IMG/VR virus record: IMGVR_UViG_3300002503_000002
Coordinates: 4,956-68,955 of that record
Reading direction: 5' to 3' (one strand)
Source: a virus
DNA length: 64,000 nucleotides
In this document: positions 57,913-64,000 of the stretch, in pieces
Numbering within the stretch: position 1 is the stretch's first letter
How the letters are laid out: the number at the start of each line of letters is the position of its first letter
Made by a program: the position numbers and the translations under genes
The notes under the pieces: model-generated
Databases searched by the model: none
The model's input: the letters and a program-made list of their open reading frames with translations, nothing else
Told to the model about the DNA's origin: nothing

Positions 57913-58240
57913 CTTGATTCTCCTTCTTCGTTTCTTCTTCTTCTAACATAGTCTTGAATTTCTCGACCGCATCATCAATACCCTCAGCCTTAATCCTCTG
58001 CGGCTCAGGTTCTACTTTGACATAGAAACCTTTGTTATCCTCCAATTCCTTATAATCTAAGATTTCAAAATATTCAATAGCCTCCGTAGAGAATATTGTA
58101 TCGGGCTCATCACATTCGGGATTCAGACATAGATATATGTCGCCATAATATTCGTGCTTCAATGTCATATCTTCCTTACATTGCAGGCATTTCATTTTAA
58201 TTTCATACCTCCAGACGTATAATTGGCAATGAACCAACAT
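57905..58240 (-). CDS. Zn-ribbon acidic protein; real start probably MKCLQC
   Basis: CLQC...CLNPEC; GGAGG SD. Confidence 0.55.
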   Translation of the reverse strand: MLVHCQLYVWRYEIKMKCLQCKEDMTLKHEYYGDIYLCLNPECDEPDTIFSTEAIEYFEILDYKELEDNKGFYVKVEPEPQRIKAEGIDDAVEKFKTMLEEEETKKENQDD

Positions 58241-58464
58241 TCATCACAGAATACATTTTCTTCTTCATTCACATCTAATTCTTCCACTATTTTTTTTGTA
58301 TGTTTATATTTATAGAAAGTACAACGAGCATTAGTTAAAATATCGCAAGGTTGGTAGTCATTTAGATTTATTAGCGCAGTTTCATCTATCTTAATCAAAG
58401 CATTAAACGACAATAAAAAGTGTTTCGTTGCCAATGTATTATTACAATGGCTACAAAAAACCAT
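58192..58464 (-). CDS. Zn-finger family A protein
   Basis: MVFCSHC...A..H...PC...C...FCDEC. Confidence 0.6.
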   Translation of the reverse strand: MVFCSHCNNTLATKHFLLSFNALIKIDETALINLNDYQPCDILTNARCTFYKYKHTKKIVEELDVNEEENVFCDECWFIANYTSGGMKLK

Positions 58465-58465
58465 C

Positions 58466-58846
58466 TTATCCCTCTAAGAATACTTTCATTATGCAGTTTG
58501 CATCTCCGCAAGTAATGACACCAAAGTCCCTCGTCAATTTAGCTAATTCCATTTCATCATCCCGATGTATTTCGTTGGTACATACATAACAATGTGCTGT
58601 GAATTGATGCCATTTATCAGGGATACCATAATCATGATAATGGACTCCTTTCATATCTTTTGGGATATCACCACAAGCAGTAAATTTAGGATGCCATGAT
58701 TTTGGAAGACCCTTACCACAACTACAACCACATTGCTTATTGTGGATATAACACATAATAGGACATTGTGTATCTGTCAGATTTTTTATCAGTCCCATCA
58801 TTACCACCAATAACGTATAAAAGCAGGAAAGACACATTCTTCGCAA
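58466..58846 (-). CDS. Cys/His-rich hypothetical protein
   Basis: Multiple C/H pairs; ends CGDANC. Confidence 0.5.
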   Translation of the reverse strand: MRRMCLSCFYTLLVVMMGLIKNLTDTQCPIMCYIHNKQCGCSCGKGLPKSWHPKFTACGDIPKDMKGVHYHDYGIPDKWHQFTAHCYVCTNEIHRDDEMELAKLTRDFGVITCGDANCIMKVFLEG

Positions 58847-59094
58847 TATACATGTCCTAATGCTGTAAGTCCTAAATCTTTCATAGTATTCATACTGTCA
58901 TAATATCTGCTTATCTCACATAAAAAATATGTCTGATTACTATTGTCCATGAATCTCTTGCCTTCTCTTATATTACATGGCCTATATTGATTTTTGCTCA
59001 ACTCCTTATCTTTAATGTCTCTTAATAGAATATCCAATGACCATGGAGTATGCCATTCTGCCAATGCCTTTCCGCAGTTATCACAGAGAACCAT
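58801..59094 (-). CDS. Zn-finger family A protein
   Basis: MVLCDNC...A..H...PC...C...YCEEC. Confidence 0.6.
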   Translation of the reverse strand: MVLCDNCGKALAEWHTPWSLDILLRDIKDKELSKNQYRPCNIREGKRFMDNSNQTYFLCEISRYYDSMNTMKDLGLTALGHVYCEECVFPAFIRYWW

Positions 59095-59437
59095 TCTTGA
59101 AAATCCTCTTTTGATTCAAACAGAACATTTGTGTCATCGCCTTGGAAAAGGCGATATGTTTGCCAATATTCTCGTCCCATTTGTCATCTGGATGAAGTTT
59201 TGATATTCCATTAGCCCTATCAAAACACCATTCATCTTTCAAATTCTTATGTCCATATTTTAGGATACACTTTACCCATTTATGAGAGTTTACAACGAAT
59301 GTAACACTCACAAGTTGTAAATCAAGACAGAAATCTGGTACAATTCCAATGGATTTCTTACCCCAATTCATTTTTCGTTCAATAACATCGCCACTCAATA
59401 CTTGTTTTTGTATCGTATTTGCGTTTGCTGTTGCCAT
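59081..59437 (-). CDS. Conserved viral protein with G.S..HP.D..D..IG..IA..KA motif
   Basis: Resembles gp49/66-like small phage proteins. Confidence 0.55.
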   Translation of the reverse strand: MATANANTIQKQVLSGDVIERKMNWGKKSIGIVPDFCLDLQLVSVTFVVNSHKWVKCILKYGHKNLKDEWCFDRANGISKLHPDDKWDENIGKHIAFSKAMTQMFCLNQKRIFKNGSL

Positions 59438-59646
59438 TAAATATCACGCCTTTTATAATTGTTGATATAACAATACATACGTCGTAATTCATGATTATCA
59501 TATATCATGTCGAAATCCTCTTGGGTTATCTCATAACAACCAATATGAAATTTATCTGTAAAACGGGGTTCAGTATTATAACATGGACAAACTATGCAAT
59601 GCCAATTTACATCGATATCCAGAAAGAACCAATGATGGTTTGTCAT
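59437..59646 (-). CDS. Zn-finger family B protein
   Basis: HHWF...HCIVCPC...HIGC. Confidence 0.55.
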   Translation of the reverse strand: MTNHHWFFLDIDVNWHCIVCPCYNTEPRFTDKFHIGCYEITQEDFDMIYDNHELRRMYCYINNYKRRDI

Positions 59647-59940
59647 ATTAAATCTTATCCAAACATGGGATACATCTATATTCCGTCCTCATACAATATT
59701 TTTCAATGTATATAGAACGGAATAATTCATCTATATGTTTGAATTGCCAGCATATCCGGCAACGTATCCGTGATTCAAATGTATACTTAGTCATCTCTAT
59801 CATTCTCGTCCACATCTTGGAATCTATGAGCCATTCTACATATATGACTATTCTCCCCGTTACATATCATTTCAGGTCCATAAGAGAAAGAGGGTTTCCG
59901 GTGATTTAATAATCCACAACCACAGACACACATTGTCATT

Positions 59941-60339
59941 TTATTTAATCTCCTTTTTGGCTGTTTTGATTTTCTCTACAAAATCCATATAATATCGAAG
60001 TCCAAATGTAATCTTAAGGCAAGTTATACCGATATCAGTATCAATATGTTCTTTATTATTACAGACATCAATATCAACGTCAATAACGGGGTATTCTTTT
60101 GTCTCTTGCATGAAGGCCCCTGTTACCAATTTCCTTAATAGAAATATATCATCAGAAGGCAACCCACAACACTTATGCATGATGATATCAAAATAATTAC
60201 CATATTGAATATATTCAAAGGAGGACTTATGTACACTAAATATAGTGGATAATATATGTTCATATGCTTTAGTCGCATCCTCGTATGGGATTTGAGACAC
60301 TAGTTTATTTATTTTCTTTGTCCTTGAGCCACTTTTCAT
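59941..60339 (-). CDS. Hypothetical protein
   Basis: GGAG SD; H.CC...C...H...C. Confidence 0.5.
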   Translation of the reverse strand: MKSGSRTKKINKLVSQIPYEDATKAYEHILSTIFSVHKSSFEYIQYGNYFDIIMHKCCGLPSDDIFLLRKLVTGAFMQETKEYPVIDVDIDVCNNKEHIDTDIGITCLKITFGLRYYMDFVEKIKTAKKEIK

Positions 60340-60649
60340 ATCCGTTTCTCTCCTTGTTTATGATTTGTCTTCCATATGCCCTAACTAAAGCATGAATCTC
60401 TGAACCCATTTTTTCTTCATCATCATCATAAAGGTATTTCCTGAAACCATCATCTAATACAAAATTAGCAATAAAAATAGCGTTCTCTATACTATCCATC
60501 TTAACTTCTTTGCATTGACTATGCCAAGTATCTCTACCTGAAAATGAAGGAATTAAAACGCCATCGCCTGCTGGACAGGATAAACAATGATGAAAATTTT
60601 GAATACCTATCCAGAAGTGGTGGTGGGTATTGAATTCACTATCTTCCAT
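60305..60649 (-). CDS. Zn-finger family B protein
   Basis: HHFW...HCLSCP...HSQC. Confidence 0.55.
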   Translation of the reverse strand: MEDSEFNTHHHFWIGIQNFHHCLSCPAGDGVLIPSFSGRDTWHSQCKEVKMDSIENAIFIANFVLDDGFRKYLYDDDEEKMGSEIHALVRAYGRQIINKERNGYEKWLKDKENK

Positions 60650-60888
60650 ATTATATTCCCCTGCTGGTGAACTCTTGCTGGCAAGAATCTATCCACTTTG
60701 ATACCTAATATATCTTTCTTTTTATTTAGGATTGTTGTAAGTCCACGGACAGAATACTGGAAATATGTATAATTCTCCCGTAGCCAATCTGTCATTTCAG
60801 CCACGGTGAATGTATCACGATGAGCCGAGATATATCTTATATATTTCTGGCAGATTTCTACGCGAGAGGGACTACCCATATTTATCAT
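60607..60888 (-). CDS. Putative winged-helix protein
   Basis: FTVAEM..WL....SVRGLTTIL...W. Confidence 0.5.
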   Translation of the reverse strand: MINMGSPSRVEICQKYIRYISAHRDTFTVAEMTDWLRENYTYFQYSVRGLTTILNKKKDILGIKVDRFLPARVHQQGNIIWKIVNSIPTTTSG

Positions 60889-61273
60889 CTGTTTTTTTAA
60901 GAAGAGAATTTAATACATCATTCCATGACATCGACTTCAACTCAATAGGTGGTTTTGTCGGTTCTTGATAATAGGGATTTTCAACATCATAGTTATCCCC
61001 GCATTTTGGGCATATCAGTAAATCTATATCAGGAACAGTATCCTTGGCTTCCCTCAGCCATTTATCTTTATTTAAACCATCCCAATAATCATCATCGAAT
61101 TCAGGATCAATCGTAACCATATATTCTCCATCATGTAGTTTATCTGGAATGACCCTAAACAACATATCCTCCAACAGAGTATCCCCAAACCAATAACCAT
61201 CAATCCACGCATATTCTAATTCCCCATGTCTAACACATTTGATTATCGTCATCAATATCCAAACTCCTTCCAT
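60872..61273 (-). CDS. Conserved acidic hypothetical protein
   Basis: IDGY.FGD.LLE..F...Y..LN..KWL; CPKCG. Confidence 0.6.
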   Translation of the reverse strand: MEGVWILMTIIKCVRHGELEYAWIDGYWFGDTLLEDMLFRVIPDKLHDGEYMVTIDPEFDDDYWDGLNKDKWLREAKDTVPDIDLLICPKCGDNYDVENPYYQEPTKPPIELKSMSWNDVLNSLLKKTDDKYG

Positions 61274-61482
61274 TGTGCTTTATCGAGCATATATTTTGGC
61301 GGGCGTTTCCTAATCCACATTTGCTTCTCGTCTATTACATCCTGAGTTTGTGAACGCTTTACTTCGATATGATAACAATGAGCGCACCATCCTTTCTGCG
61401 TATCATCCTCTACGAAGATAGGAATCTCGTAAACCTTTTTATCACAGTTTATACAAGTAAATTCAATTTTGAGATTCTTCAT
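61252..61482 (-). CDS. Small Zn-finger protein
   Basis: CINC...WCAHC. Confidence 0.5.
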   Translation of the reverse strand: MKNLKIEFTCINCDKKVYEIPIFVEDDTQKGWCAHCYHIEVKRSQTQDVIDEKQMWIRKRPPKYMLDKAQWKEFGY

Positions 61483-61487
61483 TTATT

Positions 61488-61778
61488 TTACTCTCCAAGA
61501 ACCTCTGTCTCATATTTTGAGTATAGTACACCATTTTCTATGAGTTTATTCCATTCATACAATGAATGTATCTTAGTGCCCATTATAAACATAAGAATAA
61601 GCAGATATATATTTGGATAGTTGATATTAAATATAACAGTGAATATCAATGCAACAGCCGACCATATCACAAAATACATGAATATCACTAAATTCCATTG
61701 AACAAATGAAAAACAATAAAGAATGAAATGAATGTATTTTTTATTTATTAATACCAATGAAACCACCACCACTCCCAT
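61488..61778 (-). CDS. Membrane protein
   Basis: Several hydrophobic helices. Confidence 0.5.
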   Translation of the reverse strand: MGVVVVSLVLINKKYIHFILYCFSFVQWNLVIFMYFVIWSAVALIFTVIFNINYPNIYLLILMFIMGTKIHSLYEWNKLIENGVLYSKYETEVLGE

Positions 61779-61879
61779 TCTCTAAGAATATGAAGGGCGC
61801 ACCAAAAGTAACCCCGATAGTCAACGTGGCAGAATGGACAATGCCCCCTAAATGTTCCGCATCGCTTACATTTATGCAT

Positions 61880-62302
61880 CTATTCAACCTCTATCAAATG
61901 TATCTCTTTCCCCAATTGTTTAGCATATTCCATAGTCCATGTTCCACCGGACCTTTTGCCCTTGGGTTCTATATCATAAAGAATATCAGATTCAGCGATT
62001 TTCATATTGCGTGTCTTATATCCAATCTTACCATCCTTATCAAGCCATTGTCTTACTTCTGGTGAATGAATTTGCATTATAATCCCATGATAGCCAATCA
62101 AATTGTAAATCTTGACAATATCTTCAACCCAAATATCCACACCGCCATAAGGACAATGGCCAGATACAATGATTAAATCCTCTTCGTATTTATGCCATGC
62201 ATCCATGATAATCTGCCGAATAATATCCTTAGCAACGAACTTCTGTTCGGGCTCCCATTTATTCTCTTGGGAGCCTACGATAGATATTTTCATAAGTATC
62301 AA
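61880..62302 (-). CDS. SLOG superfamily (YspA/DUF2493-like) protein
   Basis: IVGS, VSG....GVD, RN..IA and SGGT..T..YA..LGK. Confidence 0.8.
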   Translation of the reverse strand: MILMKISIVGSQENKWEPEQKFVAKDIIRQIIMDAWHKYEEDLIIVSGHCPYGGVDIWVEDIVKIYNLIGYHGIIMQIHSPEVRQWLDKDGKIGYKTRNMKIAESDILYDIEPKGKRSGGTWTMEYAKQLGKEIHLIEVE

Positions 62303-62447
62303 TAATGTCCATTGTTATACTGTCGTTCCAATGAATGACAGCGGGGGCAGAAATCCCCGCTATATTCAATTCCATTGGACGTTTTGTATGTCCTGTTTCT
62401 CGTATACACATTGTCCGTGCCACACATTTCACAAATCATGGATACAC

Positions 62448-62723
62448 CTACATTTCATCTACAATCTTCATGATAACAAATATGATGAAAAGCATAATAG
62501 GGACGCCAATTATCATAGTTAGAATATATGCCATCGTCGGGTCATGATACCATTCCCAATCCCACCAATGGCCAGCAAAAAAGGCCGTCCATCCATCCAC
62601 ATTCATCAATTCTGGGCGTACTGCAATATTGGCATAAGCTTGTATTTTACCCCATAATGTAAATAAATGAGAGACACCAACTGATATTATCAATGAACCA
62701 ACTGTTCTTATGATGGATTTCAT
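62448..62723 (-). CDS. Membrane protein
   Basis: Two hydrophobic helices. Confidence 0.5.
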   Translation of the reverse strand: MKSIIRTVGSLIISVGVSHLFTLWGKIQAYANIAVRPELMNVDGWTAFFAGHWWDWEWYHDPTMAYILTMIIGVPIMLFIIFVIMKIVDEM

Positions 62724-62996
62724 TTATTTCTTAGTCTCCTTTTCATCCTTTTTCAATTGATTCCAAAACGCCCAAGAACCAAGCCACGATATAACAATAA
62801 TATAATTAACCCACCAGATTTGAGGGAATACCCATAACAACAATGGTATGGCGAATATATTCATGACAATCAAAATATACATTGTACCGAACAACTGCCA
62901 ACTGAATCCCAATATCAGGGCCAATATGAAAGCGTCTAATAATTCAAATGCCGTATGCCACATCGTTAATTTAACGTATCTCTTTGTGTATCTCAT
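62724..62996 (-). CDS. Membrane protein
   Basis: Three hydrophobic helices. Confidence 0.5.
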   Translation of the reverse strand: MRYTKRYVKLTMWHTAFELLDAFILALILGFSWQLFGTMYILIVMNIFAIPLLLWVFPQIWWVNYIIVISWLGSWAFWNQLKKDEKETKK

Positions 62997-63280
62997 AACA
63001 AATCTCCCTTAATCAATAAATCCCAACATTCATAACATAGTCCATTAGTTTCCTCGTACATTTTCAATACGGCCCTTCCACATCGTTCACAAATCCACTT
63101 TGGACCACAGGCTTTTGTGAATGTAGCCATATCAAAATTAGGATTATCGGATTTCAAATATTCCCCAAGTTCATTGATTAAATCAACGGTGAGACCCATA
63201 TCCCCGCAGGAATAGCAACCTTCCGTGTGTTTGCTGAAAATACGTGCAATCGTCTCATAATATTTGCGTGTGATTGTCAT
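62993..63280 (-). CDS. Conserved viral protein with C-terminal Zn finger
   Basis: TRKYYE.IA...DNPNFD...F..AC; CERC..CYEC. Confidence 0.6.
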   Translation of the reverse strand: MTITRKYYETIARIFSKHTEGCYSCGDMGLTVDLINELGEYLKSDNPNFDMATFTKACGPKWICERCGRAVLKMYEETNGLCYECWDLLIKGDLL

Positions 63281-63567
63281 TCCTTATCATCTCTCCCTAT
63301 GTTAGCAATCTCCCTTTTTAACCACTCGTCCAAGTCCGTAATGAAATCTACCTCTATGTTTCTCATATGCGGACGCATGATACTCTCGGTGTATTTTTTT
63401 AATTTTTCCATAGCCTCACAGTAGAGATACCAATAGTCCTTGGCTTTGAGTCTATTCCGATCCACGAACAAAGAAAGATGATGCATATTACGATAATAAT
63501 CTATCATATCGCTAAGCCTGTCCATAGCCATATTAACAGATTGCCAATATGTATCATTCATGGTCAT
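63277..63567 (-). CDS. Hypothetical protein
   Basis: ATGA overlaps. Confidence 0.5.
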   Translation of the reverse strand: MTMNDTYWQSVNMAMDRLSDMIDYYRNMHHLSLFVDRNRLKAKDYWYLYCEAMEKLKKYTESIMRPHMRNIEVDFITDLDEWLKREIANIGRDDKE

Positions 63568-63758
63568 TCCTCATCTAACCCTGGTCTTTCGGCTTTGATA
63601 GGCCCTGTCTCATCTAATTCTGCTATTTTAAAGGCATACATTGTATAATTAGTGTCGTATAAATCTGATTCCGATGCAATGTCAAAGGCTACGTCAAAGG
63701 ATGGTACTTCGCCATAGTAAAGCCAACGATTATTTGCATCTACGATAATGACCTTCAT
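63564..63758 (-). CDS. Hypothetical protein
   Basis: ATGA overlaps. Confidence 0.5.
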   Translation of the reverse strand: MKVIIVDANNRWLYYGEVPSFDVAFDIASESDLYDTNYTMYAFKIAELDETGPIKAERPGLDEE

Positions 63759-64000
63759 TCTATCAACGTCTTGGATAGATTATATTCTTCGACCATGCGC
63801 TTAAAGGCTTCCACATTTCCTAACGCATCATGTACCGGATTATGGTCATGCGGTGTTTTCCGCCATTTCTTCCATCCTTGGGACATTGAAAAATCCTTAT
63901 TCAATCCAGCATAGAAATCTGATATACGTCGCGCTGAATGTCCAAAGGGATTTCGTCCGAGCAAGCGATGAAATTCATAGTTAATCCATTGCCAATCGAA
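63755..64000 (-). CDS. DEDDh 3'-5' exonuclease-like protein, 5' part outside the window
   Basis: FDWQWINY.F...G.NPFGHS...H.PV.DA.GN. Confidence 0.75.
   Translation of the reverse strand, partial: FDWQWINYEFHRLLGRNPFGHSARRISDFYAGLNKDFSMSQGWKKWRKTPHDHNPVHDALGNVEAFKRMVEEYNLSKTLIE

Noticed and set aside
46198-60649. Diversity-generating retroelement or cassette system behind the Zn-finger paralogs
   Set aside because: No reverse transcriptase, TR/VR pair, integrase or shared boundary repeat is visible; the similarity is at protein level only.
62340-62362. GC hairpin AGCGGGG...CCCCGCT
   Set aside because: It lies within a 46-aa Zn-ribbon ORF (MICEMC...FCPRC) and has no U-tract.
1-64000. CRISPR array or mini-array accompanying the Cas4-like gene
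   Set aside because: No regularly spaced 25-40 bp repeats were seen; most gaps contain small ORFs.
1-64000. Stop-codon reassignment
   Set aside because: Known genes are full length under the standard code, all three stops are used, and no suppressor tRNA was seen.

Overview
This window is a 64 kb piece of a tailed dsDNA virus genome (Caudoviricetes, siphovirus-like), most likely infecting an archaeon. The + arm (1-17016) carries two beta-helix fibre/spike genes, neck genes, the tail tube, +1-frameshifted tail chaperones, a 668-aa tape measure protein and LamG-decorated tail-tip proteins. The convergent - arm (17111-64000) carries an archaeal-type PolB, four tRNAs (Asn, Phe, Ala, Gly), a RecU-like resolvase, an ABC-ATPase/GNAT fusion, IMPDH/GMP reductase, a metallophosphoesterase, a C5-MTase-like protein, a Cas4-like nuclease and a minimal MCM-like ATPase. 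It also carries MazG, a KaiC-like ATPase with a class 3 intein, NADAR, an RPA-like SSB, a deaminase, RNA ligase, RNase HI, an MJ1316/DUF504 protein, a MoxR-vWA pair, a SLOG protein and many small ORFs. The archaeal host is inferred from tRNA identity elements, GGAGGTG-type SD sites, TATA boxes and gene families. The most unusual signals are an expanded set of paralogous Zn-finger scaffolds with variable inserts, a candidate tRNA/RNA-repair module, a structured intergenic element complementary to the next gene's SD, a start codon overlapping a tRNA discriminator base, nested LamG insertions and strong GATC avoidance. All assignments come from motifs recognised by eye; no searches were run.
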